Assembly (NCBI GenBank): GCA_050299555.1
Contig: JBNKWA010000077.1
Coordinates: forward strand, 15,490-79,489
DNA from: Paracoccaceae bacterium
GTDB taxonomy: Bacteria; Pseudomonadota; Alphaproteobacteria; Rhodobacterales; Rhodobacteraceae
DNA length: 64,000 nt
Direction: 5' to 3'
How positions within the stretch are numbered: the stretch's first letter is position 1; each line of letters opens with the position of its first letter. Position numbers and translations under genes: made by a program. The notes beneath the pieces are model-generated. The model did no database searches, was not told where the DNA came from, and worked only from the letters and a program-made list of their open reading frames with translations. Below, in pieces: positions 1 through 9,172 of this stretch.

Positions 1-34
1 CCTCGGGCTGGTTCATGAAACCGGGCCGCCGGGC

Positions 35-1009
35 ATGACCGACAGGCTGGACAACATGGCGGCGGCCCTGCGCGCGGATCCGGCGATCCGCTCGAAACTG
101 GGGGTGTCGCAGGCGTCGGAGATGCTGGGTTTGACGGGCCAGTCCGCTGGCGCGCCGGGCGACGATGCCGCGATGATCGAAATGCCGGACGGCTTTGATC
201 TGCTGGCAGGAGAGGGGTTCATCCCCGCATTCGTTAAGGCCGATCCGTGGTTTGCGGGCTGGTGCGGGGTGATGGTCAACCTGTCTGACATCGCAGCCAT
301 GGGCGGCCGGGCTATGGCGCTGATCGACCAGGTCTGGGCGCCCGACGCGGAGACCGCCGCGCCCATGATGAAAGGACTGCGCGATGCGGCCGCCGCCTAT
401 GGCGTGCCACTGGTGGGCGGACATACGAACTTCGCCGCCGCCGACCTGAACCTCGCCGTCTCGGTGCTGGGCAAGGCGCAAAGGCCGGTGACCAGTTTCG
501 ACGCTTGCCCAGGCGACGTTCTTCTCGCGGCCATCGATCACCGGGGGCGCTACGTAAATTTCGACAATTTCTGCGCCGCGCTGGACGCGCCGCATGACCG
601 GCTGCGCGGAGATCTGGCGTTGTTGCCCGAGCTGGCAGAGGCCGGGCTGCTGACGGCGGGCAAGGACATCAGCCAGGGTGGCATCGCGGGCACGGCACTC
701 ATGCTGGCCGAAAGCTCGCACGTGGGCATGGTGCTGGATCTGGACCGGATCGCCCCGCCCGACGACATTCCGCTGCTGCGCTGGATGCACAGCTTTCCCA
801 GCTTTGGCTTCTTGCTGACGGCTGTGCCGGAACGGGCCGCCGAGGTCTGTCTTGCATTCCGCGGGCGCGGCATCTGGGCCGATCCGGTCGGGACGGTCAC
901 CGAAGGCACTCAAGTTCGCCTGCAACGGGGCGGCGACACGGCGCTGTTCTGGGATCACGGCGAAACCCCCTACCTGTCGCTTTCCAGAAGGGTGCCCAGC
1001 CATGCCTGA
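35..1009 (+). CDS. AIR synthase-related protein (PurM/ThiL/HypE superfamily, sll0787-type member of Nit1C / MSMEG_0567-0572-type clusters)
   Basis: 324-aa ORF. DDAAMIE and GGHTN motifs of the PurM-like fold. Stop overlaps the next start (ATGCCTGA). Followed by MSMEG_0570- and MSMEG_0569-like genes. Confidence 0.8.
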   Translation: MTDRLDNMAAALRADPAIRSKLGVSQASEMLGLTGQSAGAPGDDAAMIEMPDGFDLLAGEGFIPAFVKADPWFAGWCGVMVNLSDIAAMGGRAMALIDQVWAPDAETAAPMMKGLRDAAAAYGVPLVGGHTNFAAADLNLAVSVLGKAQRPVTSFDACPGDVLLAAIDHRGRYVNFDNFCAALDAPHDRLRGDLALLPELAEAGLLTAGKDISQGGIAGTALMLAESSHVGMVLDLDRIAPPDDIPLLRWMHSFPSFGFLLTAVPERAAEVCLAFRGRGIWADPVGTVTEGTQVRLQRGGDTALFWDHGETPYLSLSRRVPSHA

Positions 1010-1286
1010 GATGCACTGGACCCTGCGCTGGCCCGATGGCGGCGAAGAGCGCTGCTATTCGCCCTCCAGCGTGATCACCGAATTGTTCACGCCGGGGCAG
1101 AGCTATCCCTTGCCCGAGTTCCTGAACCGCGCCCGCATCGCGATGGAGCGCGCCTCGAACCGGGTGGAGCGCAAATATGGCTTCGCCTGCTCTTCGGCGA
1201 TGGATCAACTCGACAGGATCGAAACCCGCGCCGCCGGCTTCGAAGGCCAGCCGGACGCCCGCGTCACCTGCCTGTCAATCACCTGA
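1002..1286 (+). CDS. MSMEG_0570-family small protein (Nit1C-type cluster)
   Basis: Internal ATG at 1002 of track ORF 852..1286 (MPEMHWTLRWPDGGEERCYSPS...), about 94 aa. Translationally coupled to the upstream gene. Family assignment is from memory of the TIGRFAM set. Confidence 0.65.
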   Translation: MPEMHWTLRWPDGGEERCYSPSSVITELFTPGQSYPLPEFLNRARIAMERASNRVERKYGFACSSAMDQLDRIETRAAGFEGQPDARVTCLSIT

Positions 1287-1300
1287 GGAAGGACGAGACG

Positions 1301-2581
1301 ATGAACCAGACATACATCCCGCATGTCCCCGTCGCGATTGTGGGCGGCGGCCAGGCCGGCCTTTCCGTGGCTTATCAACTGCAAAAGAGGGGCATCGAAA
1401 GCGTCGTGTTCGAGCGGAACGAAAAGTTCCACTCCTGGCGCGTCAACCGGTGGGACAGCTTCTGCCTCGTCACGCCGAACTGGCAGTGCCGCCTGCCGGA
1501 TTTCCACTACGATAAGGAATTCGGCGGTACCGATCCCGATGGCTTCATGCTGCGCGAGGAGATCACCGACTACCTCGACGCCTTTGCCGCCACGTTCGAG
1601 CCGAACCTGTACGAGCATGTCGCCGTGACCCGCATCGCCCATCATCCGCAGGGCGGTTATGTGGTGGAAACCAGCATTGGCACATGGACCTGCGACCAGG
1701 TGGTGATCGCCACCGGCGGCTACGACACCCCGATCGAGCCCGCCTATGCCGGGGCGCTGGATCCGACCATCGTGCAGATGCATTCGGTCGACTACCGCAA
1801 CCCCGGCCAGCTGCCGGACGGCGATGTGCTGATCGTCGGCACCGGGCAATCCGGGGTACAGATCATGGAGGATTTCGTCCGCGCTGGGCGCGGCGTGCAT
1901 CTGGCCGTCGGCCCGGCACCGCGCAGCCCACGCAAGTATCGCGGACGCGATGCCACCGACTGGCTGTACGACGCGGGCCATTACGAGATCACGATCGACA
2001 AGCATCCCGAGCCGATCAAGGCGTTGACCCAGACCAATCACTACATGTCGGGCCGCGATGGCGGCAAGGAGATCGACCTGCGCAAATGGCATGTGGATCA
2101 CGGGGTCGAGCTATATGGCTCGCTGGCCAACATGGACGGGCGGAGGCTTGAATTCCTCCCGGACCTCAAGAAGAACCTCGATGACGCGGACCGTAGCTAT
2201 GTCGGGATCCGCGACCAGATCGACGCCTACATCGCGCGGGCCGGGATCGACGCCCCGGTCGAGCCACCCTTCGTCAAGGTCTGGGAGCCCGATGAGGAGC
2301 GCACGGAACTGGACGCCAATGCGGCCGGGATCACCTCGGTGCTCTGGGCCATCGGGTTCCGGCCAGATTATCGCTGGATCGAGGTCGACGTGTTCGACGC
2401 GCGTGGCAAACCCAGGTTTCACCGCGGCGTCACCGACGTACACGGATGCCACTTCATCGGTCTGGGCTGGCTGAATACCTGGGGGTCGGGCCGGTTCCTC
2501 GGGATCGAGGAGGACAGCGCCTATCTCGCCGACCAGATCGCCTTGCAGCTGCAAGACACCGGAAAACGGGCCGTGGCATAA
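1301..2581 (+). CDS. MSMEG_0569-family flavin-dependent oxidoreductase (FMO-like, two dinucleotide-binding motifs)
   Basis: 426 aa. VAIVGGGQAGLS and VLIVGTGQSGVQ GxGxxG motifs. RBS GAGGAAGGA upstream. Confidence 0.85.
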   Translation: MNQTYIPHVPVAIVGGGQAGLSVAYQLQKRGIESVVFERNEKFHSWRVNRWDSFCLVTPNWQCRLPDFHYDKEFGGTDPDGFMLREEITDYLDAFAATFEPNLYEHVAVTRIAHHPQGGYVVETSIGTWTCDQVVIATGGYDTPIEPAYAGALDPTIVQMHSVDYRNPGQLPDGDVLIVGTGQSGVQIMEDFVRAGRGVHLAVGPAPRSPRKYRGRDATDWLYDAGHYEITIDKHPEPIKALTQTNHYMSGRDGGKEIDLRKWHVDHGVELYGSLANMDGRRLEFLPDLKKNLDDADRSYVGIRDQIDAYIARAGIDAPVEPPFVKVWEPDEERTELDANAAGITSVLWAIGFRPDYRWIEVDVFDARGKPRFHRGVTDVHGCHFIGLGWLNTWGSGRFLGIEEDSAYLADQIALQLQDTGKRAVA

Positions 2582-3381
2582 TGAGTGTGGTGGCCCTCGC
2601 CGCGCGGCCGCACCGGGTCGAGGATACTGTCGCCCTGCCGCTGGGCATGGCGCAACTGTCCCTGGGCGGCCTGTCCGAACAGTGGGTCCTGCGGTTCTGC
2701 GGGGACCGGCATTGGGCGCTGATCGCCAAGGCGCTCGGCCAGCGAAGCGCGGTGTTTCGTGCGGCGGACGGGCGTCCAGTCTACGCCGCGTTCTGCACGA
2801 CCTCGCTGCGGTTTCATACGCTGTCCCAGCCTTTGCTGGGGCAGGACGCGCGGATCGTGTCGGGGCTGTTTGCGGTTTCGGATACGCGCACAGGGTCCCG
2901 GCATCAGGTGGTGGTCGCGGGCAAGGTCGTCGCCGAGCTGTCGATGATCTCGACCTTTGTCAGCCATGATGCGAGTGGCTCCAACACGCGGATCTTCCGC
3001 AATACCGTTCTGGGCGACATGCAGTTGCCGCCAGCCGAGGCAGGGCTGACTCAGCTTGACGGCCAGGCGCGCGACACCGCGCGCGAGTTTCGCAGATATG
3101 CGCCGGATCCTGCACAGGCGGTCCACTCCGAGCGCCCAACGCCGTCTCTGGATTTCAACGCGCTCGGGCTGCTTTATTTCCCGACCTTCTCGCGCATCGC
3201 GGAGACGGCGGCCTATAGCGGGGCCCCGCGGTCCGGTCCGGTCTTGCGGCGGGACGTTGTCTATCTTGGCAATATCAACCAGGGCGACACTGTTTACGTG
3301 TTCGATCACGGCCCGATCTCCGTGATGGCCCGGGGCGACGGCGCTCCGATTGCAGCTGTGCGCACACTGACCGCAATCTGA
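2581..3381 (+). CDS. Pnap_2097 / LnmK-like (double hot-dog fold) putative biosynthetic protein
   Basis: Internal ATG at 2581 overlaps the previous stop (TAATG). 266 aa, MSVVALAARPH...GMAQLSLGGLSEQWVLRFCGDRHW. Assignment is by recollection of the family that accompanies MSMEG_0569 genes. Confidence 0.5.
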   Translation: MSVVALAARPHRVEDTVALPLGMAQLSLGGLSEQWVLRFCGDRHWALIAKALGQRSAVFRAADGRPVYAAFCTTSLRFHTLSQPLLGQDARIVSGLFAVSDTRTGSRHQVVVAGKVVAELSMISTFVSHDASGSNTRIFRNTVLGDMQLPPAEAGLTQLDGQARDTAREFRRYAPDPAQAVHSERPTPSLDFNALGLLYFPTFSRIAETAAYSGAPRSGPVLRRDVVYLGNINQGDTVYVFDHGPISVMARGDGAPIAAVRTLTAI

Positions 3382-3574
3382 AATACGACGGGGCACGCTC
3401 CGAAAGTCCCGCCCCGGGTGCCAAGCTTGTCGACGATCCGAACTTACCCAATCCTCCCGCGACAGGCACTTATCCAGACCTTCTGCGCGCGACCGAGACG
3501 CTTTGGCCGAGGCGACCTCGCCCACGCAGGGCAGGGCAAGGTGGCTAAGTGCGGCCGCCATGAATTATATTCTT

Positions 3575-3588
3575 GATAGTATACTATC
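3575..3588. promoter_or_regulatory. Perfect 14-bp palindrome GATAGTATACTATC, candidate GntR-family operator overlapping a TATACT -10-like hexamer
   Basis: Lies in the only AT-rich patch of the 263-bp gap upstream of the ABC-transporter/GntR operon. The GT-N-AC core is typical of FadR/GntR operators. Confidence 0.4.
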
Positions 3589-3644
3589 CTTGATGCAGCC
3601 TTCGAACGGCGCGAGGGGTCGCGCCGGGCAACAGGGAGCATACC

Positions 3645-4430
3645 ATGACACGTCTACTCGGTTCCGCGCTGGCCGGCGCCATCATGGCCGCGGCAGCTGC
3701 GGGCGGCCTAGCCGCGCAAGACCTGCCGGAGAAACTCGTGATCGGCACCGAGGGCGCCTATCCGCCGTTCAACTACACCGAATCCGACGGCGGCGTCGCC
3801 GGCTTCGAAATTGATCTGGGCAATGCGATGTGCGCCCAAATTCAGGTCACCTGCGAATGGGTCACGCAGGACTGGGATGGAATCATTCCCGGCCTCGAGG
3901 CCAAGAAGTACGATGCCATCATCGCATCGCTCTACATTACCGACGAGCGGCGCGCGGTCGTCGGCTTCTCGGACAAGTACTATGCGGTACCATCGCGTTT
4001 CGTGCTTCCTGCCACGAGCGAGCTCGAGATTTCCCCCGAGGGCCTGTCGGGCGCGATCGTCGGCACGCAGCGCGCGACCGCTTTCGAGCGTTACCTCACC
4101 GCGAACATGCCGGACGTCGACCTGCGCCTGTACGGCACGATGGACGAAGCGTACCTCGATCTCGCCTCGGGCCGGGTCGACGCCGTGCTTGGCGACGTTG
4201 TCGCAATTCAGGGTGGGTTCCTGTCCACCGCCGAAGGCGAGGGTTTCGAACTGCGCGGGCCCGAATTTACGGATCCGGAATACTTCGGCTACGGCGCTGG
4301 CGTTGCCGTGCGGAAGGAGGATCAGGCCATCGCCGACGCCTTCTCGGCGGCGATCAAGGCGCTACGCGACGACGGCACCTACCAGGAAATCTCGGACAAG
4401 TGGTTCGGCGTCGACGTGTACGGCAGCTGA
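3645..4430 (+). CDS. Periplasmic amino-acid-binding protein (polar amino acid / LAO / opine-type ABC SBP)
   Basis: 261 aa with signal peptide. GTEGAYPPFNY and DAVLGD motifs of family-3 SBPs. RBS GGGAG. Confidence 0.9.
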   Translation: MTRLLGSALAGAIMAAAAAGGLAAQDLPEKLVIGTEGAYPPFNYTESDGGVAGFEIDLGNAMCAQIQVTCEWVTQDWDGIIPGLEAKKYDAIIASLYITDERRAVVGFSDKYYAVPSRFVLPATSELEISPEGLSGAIVGTQRATAFERYLTANMPDVDLRLYGTMDEAYLDLASGRVDAVLGDVVAIQGGFLSTAEGEGFELRGPEFTDPEYFGYGAGVAVRKEDQAIADAFSAAIKALRDDGTYQEISDKWFGVDVYGS

Positions 4431-4438
4431 CATGTGTC

Positions 4439-4487
4439 GGGCCGGGTCATCGTGCCCGGCCCCTGAATGTCCGCCTGGGGCGGACAT
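4439..4487 (+). other. Two consecutive GC-rich stem-loops between the SBP and permease genes
   Basis: GGGCCGGG-N8-CCCGGCCC (4439-4462) and ATGTCCGCC-TGG-GGCGGACAT (4467-4487). No U-tract. Probably an mRNA-stability element or partial attenuator. Confidence 0.4.
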
Positions 4488-4513
4488 GTAGGCACTGAGG
4501 GCAGGGGAGGCTG

Positions 4514-5212
4514 ATGCCGGATCTCGAGGGATATGGCTGGCTGCTGATCGACGGTCTGATCTTGACCCTGGCGGTGGCCATCGCATCGCTTGTCGGTGCG
4601 CTGCTCGTTGGCTTGGCTGCCGCCGTGGGAAAGCTGTTCGCGCCGCGGGCTGTCAAGGCACTGATCGAGATCTACACGACCTTCGTTCGCGGCGTGCCGG
4701 AACTCGTCCTGCTGCTTCTGATCTACTACGGTTTGCCGACACTGATCCAGGATTTCGCAAGCTCTCTTGGTCGTGAAATCTCGATGTCGATCAATCCCTT
4801 CGTGGCCGGCATCGGAACCCTCACCTTGATCTATGCCGCCTTTGCCTGCGAGGTTTTCCGGGCTGCCTACCTCGCTTTACCCGTTGGCCAGCGCGAGGCG
4901 GCCCTTGCGCTGGGACTGAGCAAGACCACCACCTTCCGCAAGGTCGAACTGCCGCAGATGATGCGCTACGCGCTTCCCGGCCTCGGCAACGTCTGGATGG
5001 TGCTCATCAAGGCGACGGCGCTGATCTCGATCATCCAGTTGCCGGAACTCATGCGCAACGCCGACATCGCTGCGCGTTCGACACGCCAGCCCTTCACCTT
5101 TTTCTTTGCCGCCTGTTTGCTCTATCTCGCCATCACTGCCGTATCCATGTGGGGACAGGCTCGGCTCGAACGCTGGGCATCACGTGGCGTGACTTTGGCG
5201 CGCCCATCATGA
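4514..5212 (+). CDS. Amino-acid ABC transporter permease (HisQ-like)
   Basis: 232 aa, multi-TM, EAA-loop-like region (EAALALGLSK). RBS GGGGAGG. Confidence 0.9.
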   Translation: MPDLEGYGWLLIDGLILTLAVAIASLVGALLVGLAAAVGKLFAPRAVKALIEIYTTFVRGVPELVLLLLIYYGLPTLIQDFASSLGREISMSINPFVAGIGTLTLIYAAFACEVFRAAYLALPVGQREAALALGLSKTTTFRKVELPQMMRYALPGLGNVWMVLIKATALISIIQLPELMRNADIAARSTRQPFTFFFAACLLYLAITAVSMWGQARLERWASRGVTLARPS

Positions 5213-5931
5213 TGTTCGTCGCCGAGCACCTGCCGCGTTTCCTTGAGGGCGCCTGGGTTACCGTCCGGTTGGCCGCGCTCAGTTGCCTGCTTGGGCTTCC
5301 CATTGCCCTGGCGCTGGCGCTGTGCCGTCTGTCCTCGAACCTTTTGCTCAGGAACGTCTCGACCGCCTACGTCTTCTTCTTTCGGGGCACGCCCCTGCTG
5401 GCCCAGATCTTCCTCATCTACTACGGCAGCGGCCAGTTCCGGCACGCGCTCGAGGCCGCTGGCCTGTGGGCCTTCTTCCGCGATCCGTGGTTCTGCGCGC
5501 TATTTGCACTGGCACTGAATACCGGCGCGTACAGTTCGGAAATCCTGCGCGGCGCGATCCAGGCCGTGCCGAGGGGCGAAATCGAAGCGGCCCGCGCGCT
5601 GGGGTTGACCGGGTGGATGCAACTGCGCCTCATCACTCTTCCCCGCGCCATCCGCATCGGATGGCCGGCCTATACCAACGAAGTCGTCTATCAGATCCAG
5701 GCCACCTCGCTGGTGTCGATCATCACCATCATGGACATCACCGGCGTCGCCCGCGCCGTCGGGTCCCGTCATTTCACCTTCTTCGAAGCCTTCGGTCTTG
5801 CAGCCGTGCTTTACCTGGTCCTCGTCTACAGCTTCATCTTCGCGGCGCGCCGGGTTGAGAACCGGCTGAATGCGCACCTTGTGCGCGTTGAGCGTCCCAA
5901 GGCGGTCGCGCTCGGAGGATTGATCCGTTGA
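5209..5931 (+). CDS. Amino-acid ABC transporter permease (HisM-like)
   Basis: Internal ATG at 5209 gives an ATGATG/TGA overlap with the upstream permease. EAARALGLTGWM EAA loop. Confidence 0.85.
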   Translation: MMFVAEHLPRFLEGAWVTVRLAALSCLLGLPIALALALCRLSSNLLLRNVSTAYVFFFRGTPLLAQIFLIYYGSGQFRHALEAAGLWAFFRDPWFCALFALALNTGAYSSEILRGAIQAVPRGEIEAARALGLTGWMQLRLITLPRAIRIGWPAYTNEVVYQIQATSLVSIITIMDITGVARAVGSRHFTFFEAFGLAAVLYLVLVYSFIFAARRVENRLNAHLVRVERPKAVALGGLIR

Positions 5932-6677
5932 CCGACACGACCGAGGAAATGCCCCGCAGCACCGCGCCAAAGAAGCGCGGGATCCTGCGCGAAAAGGCTT
6001 TCCTGATGCTCAAGGACGCGATCCTGTCGGGCACCCTTCAGCGCGGCGAACGGCTTTCCGAAGTACGGCTCATGAGGGATTTCGGCATCGGCCGAACGCC
6101 GCTGCGCGAGGCGCTCAACCGCCTTGAACGCGAAGGGCTCGTGGTCAGCCAGCCAAACAGCGGCTACTCGGTCACGAACCTCGACATCGACGCCGTGTGC
6201 GAGCTGCTGGTGGTGCGCGAGGGACTCGACGCCATCGCGGCGGAACTCGCCGTCCAGACCTCTACCGACGCGGATCTCGCGGCACTGTCCGAGGTCATGG
6301 CCGAGATCGATGCGCTCGACCGCGCTCACCAGCCGACGCCGGAGGTCTATGCGCGCGAGCTGGAGCTTGGACTGAAGGTTCACGAGGTCATCCTCGCCGC
6401 CACGCGAAACACCGCGCTGATCGAGATCACGCAACGCGTCTACGACCAGCTGCGCCTCGCTCTCTGGGTCGAGGTGCGCTGGGTCGAGCAGTGGTCAAGT
6501 GCCGTGGCCGAGCACCGGGCAATCGTCGATGCAATGCTGGCGCGCGATGCCCCGCGGGCATCCGAGGCCGCGCGCGCGCACATCCGGTCCTCGCGTCGGA
6601 ACATGCTGATGATCAGGGACATCTCCACCGCGCGCCGGGCAAGGGGCGCACGCCTCCCCATGCGGGATCGAGACTAA
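5928..6677 (+). CDS. GntR-family transcriptional regulator (FadR/FCD subfamily)
   Basis: TTG start overlapping the permease stop (TTGA), GGAGGA 8 nt upstream. wHTH GERLSEVRLMRDFGIGRTPLREAL. C-terminal helical FCD-like domain. Confidence 0.85.
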   Translation: MTDTTEEMPRSTAPKKRGILREKAFLMLKDAILSGTLQRGERLSEVRLMRDFGIGRTPLREALNRLEREGLVVSQPNSGYSVTNLDIDAVCELLVVREGLDAIAAELAVQTSTDADLAALSEVMAEIDALDRAHQPTPEVYARELELGLKVHEVILAATRNTALIEITQRVYDQLRLALWVEVRWVEQWSSAVAEHRAIVDAMLARDAPRASEAARAHIRSSRRNMLMIRDISTARRARGARLPMRDRD

Positions 6678-6690
6678 GCCAGAGGACACC

Positions 6691-8277
6691 ATGCGCGATT
6701 TCCACTTTCCAGGGCGCTCGGCCGTTCATTCAGTCAACGCCATGGTGGCCACGTCGCATCCGCTGGCAACCGAAGCGGCGATGCAGGTGCTGCGCGACGG
6801 TGGAAACGCGATGGATGCGGCGATCGCGGGCTCGGCCGTTATGGCGGTCGTCGAGCCGCAGATGACCGGCATCGGAGGGGATTGCTTCGCGCTGTTGTCG
6901 GTGGCCGGAAAGCCGGACGTGGTCGCTTTCAACGGCTCGGGTCGCGCGCCTTCGGCAGCAAGTCTTGAACGCCTGCGCGGCGAGGGTCTGTCCGGGATTC
7001 CCGTCGACTCGGTCCATTCGGTGACCTTGCCGGGCGCCGTGGACGGGTGGTTCAGGCTTCATGACCGCTACGGCCACCTCGAGATGGAGCGACTCCTGCG
7101 ACCGGCGATAACCTACGCGCGCGAAGGTTATCCGGTCCACGCCCGCGTGGCCCGAGACTGGGCCTGTGCCAAAGACCACCTTTCCCGGCGCAAGGCGACA
7201 CGGGCGTTGTTCCTGCCGGGCGGCGCGGTCCCGCGGTTGGGCGACATCCACCGCCAGGAACGGCTGGCCGACACGCTGGAGAGCATCGCCAGGGGCGGCG
7301 CCCGTGCCTTCTACGAGGGCCCCATCGCCGCGGCCATGGTGCGAACGCTTCAGGGCCATGGTGGGGTTCACAGCGAAGAAGACTTCAGCCGCGTATCGGG
7401 CGATTTCGTCGATCCCATATCGACCGACTATCGTGGTCTTCGCGTGCATCAGGTTCCGCCGAACAATCAGGGCCTGACCGCGCTCCTGATTCTCAACCTG
7501 CTTGAAGGCTTCGATCTGGCGGCGCTGCCGTTCGGGTCGGCCGACCGTCTCCATCTCGAGATCGAAACAGCTCGGCTGTCATACGCCATGCGCGACAGCC
7601 ACGTCACGGATCTCGCCGCGATGCGGGTTTCTGTCGAGGCCATCCTTTCCAAGTCCTGGGCGGACACGCTGCGGAACCGCATTTCACCCGACGATGCCAT
7701 GACCGACTTGGGGCCGCTCGGCTTGCGCATGTCGGACACGGTCTACATGACGGTCGTGGACAAGGACCTCAACGCGGTCAGCTTCATTAACTCCATCTTT
7801 GACAGCTTCGGCAGCGGTATCCTCTGCGAGGAAACCGGGGTCCTGTTCCAGAACCGGGGCCATTCGTTCTCCCTTGATACCGCGCACCCCAACGCACTGG
7901 AGCCCGGGAAGCGCCCGATGCACACGATCATGCCGGGAATGGTGACCGACGGGGGCAGGCCCGTGCTGTCCTTCGGCGTCATGGGTGGAGACTACCAGCC
8001 CCTTGGTCAGAGCCGGGTGATTTCGGCGGTGTATGACCACGGCCTGGACCTGCAGGACGCTCTCGACATGCCGCGGGTCTTCCCGGGCGATGTCGATGTC
8101 GAGGTTGAACGGAGTCTTCCCCCCGGGATCATGCACGGGCTCTCCGCGAAGGGGCATGCGCTCCGATTGGCAGACGACCCTTTGGGAGGCGGACAGGCCA
8201 TCCAGATCGATCACGAAAGGGGCATCATCATCGGCGCGTCGGACCCTCGGAAGGACGGTCACGCTGCAGGATACTGA
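6691..8277 (+). CDS. Gamma-glutamyltransferase family protein
   Basis: 528 aa. TGIGGDCFAL and the autoprocessing region SDTVYMTVVD. GGDYQP near the C-terminus. Confidence 0.9.
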   Translation: MRDFHFPGRSAVHSVNAMVATSHPLATEAAMQVLRDGGNAMDAAIAGSAVMAVVEPQMTGIGGDCFALLSVAGKPDVVAFNGSGRAPSAASLERLRGEGLSGIPVDSVHSVTLPGAVDGWFRLHDRYGHLEMERLLRPAITYAREGYPVHARVARDWACAKDHLSRRKATRALFLPGGAVPRLGDIHRQERLADTLESIARGGARAFYEGPIAAAMVRTLQGHGGVHSEEDFSRVSGDFVDPISTDYRGLRVHQVPPNNQGLTALLILNLLEGFDLAALPFGSADRLHLEIETARLSYAMRDSHVTDLAAMRVSVEAILSKSWADTLRNRISPDDAMTDLGPLGLRMSDTVYMTVVDKDLNAVSFINSIFDSFGSGILCEETGVLFQNRGHSFSLDTAHPNALEPGKRPMHTIMPGMVTDGGRPVLSFGVMGGDYQPLGQSRVISAVYDHGLDLQDALDMPRVFPGDVDVEVERSLPPGIMHGLSAKGHALRLADDPLGGGQAIQIDHERGIIIGASDPRKDGHAAGY

Positions 8278-8415
8278 GGGGTTCGCAACGCCGATCAGGG
8301 GATGATGCGGTTGTCCAAACGAAGGGGCGGGTGATCCACGACATTTCGCCGTGAGCCTTGTGGCGACGTCCGAACCCGCTCTTGATGTGGGTGGAGGCAA
8401 AGCGCTTTTGAAAAC

Positions 8416-8645
8416 GCGACTGTTACCGCCCCATGGCGCGCGCATGTCCGTAGATGGTGGCGGTGCTGCCAGACGGGTTCGAACTGGTCTCACCAAGGGC
8501 AGTATAGCTGTCCCTTGCCTCGCGCAGAGACACTTCGGGCTGACCGTGTTTCCGCATTGCTTTCTTGAGGAAATTCCGGAGCGAGAGTGGGAAGCGGACG
8601 TACAGCATCACCGCCAGGCGGATGATCTCGGGGCTCCAGTCTCAA
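8416..8645 (-). mobile_element. Degenerate IS6-family transposase remnant (internally deleted, frame-shifted)
   Basis: The minus strand reads WSPEIIRLAVMLYVRFPLSLRN fused to FLKKAMRKHGQPEV..RDSYTALGE. This matches the IS6/IS26 pattern (..ILWAVRWYxRYPISYRD.. and ..TDKAPSYGAA..) with the middle missing. A possible IR-like GCGACTGTTACC lies at the 8416 edge. The rest of the gap (8646-8871) is unassigned degenerate DNA. Confidence 0.5.
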
Positions 8646-8871
8646 CAGGAATCCTTCTGACAGGACCTCGGCGCCCAAGGCAGCCAGCGGGCACGGGACG
8701 CGCGGATACTGATGCTTGAGGGTATGGGTGTGCCGGAGGATGCGCGCGCCGGGCTCTATGGTCCGGTGGCGCTTGTCCCGTCTGCGCGGGATGCCCAGAC
8801 CCGTGCCGTGTCCGTCCTTGCCGAGGTTCTGGCAAAGGCGATGGCGGCCCGACGCGGCTGACCGGGCACGG

Positions 8872-9168
8872 TCAGAGCAGTTCGACCTCGATGAACCGGC
8901 AGGCAAAATCATTGCCGTTGATCACGTCATGCTCAACGCCCTTCTCGCGGAAATAGGGCGCGCCGTTTCGCATCTCGGCCACCGTGGTGGTCCCGTCGGG
9001 CCCCTTGATCCGCAGGGCGCCGTCGAACAGCGGCACCACCACGTAATCATGCGCGTGACGGTGCCAGCCGGTGTTGTCCCCTTCCCCGGCAAAGGCCCAT
9101 TCGGTGACCCGGACCTGATCGTTTTCGATCAGGACCGTGCCTGTCGCAGTTCCTTCGCCCAAGGCCAC
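8872..9168 (-). CDS. Cupin-domain protein
   Basis: 98 aa. GWHRHAHDYVVVP..EKGVEHDVIN cupin motifs. Last gene of the long minus-strand operon. Confidence 0.75.
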   Translation of the reverse strand: MALGEGTATGTVLIENDQVRVTEWAFAGEGDNTGWHRHAHDYVVVPLFDGALRIKGPDGTTTVAEMRNGAPYFREKGVEHDVINGNDFACRFIEVELL

Positions 9169-9172
9169 GGGT

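Noticed and set aside
8465-8495. tRNA-like strings GGGTTCGAACTGG (8470s) and GGATTCGAACTGA (18990s), the first ending in ..CACCGCCA on the minus strand.
   Set aside because: There is no complementary T-stem, acceptor stem or anticodon arm. The two stretches are homologous to each other and read as IS6 transposase coding remnants.
8646-8871. Possible tyrosine-recombinase relic (..ILRHTHTLKH..) in the degenerate DNA next to the IS6 remnant.
   Set aside because: Only a 5-6 residue resemblance to the HxLRH box exists, with no flanking conservation. That is too weak to call.
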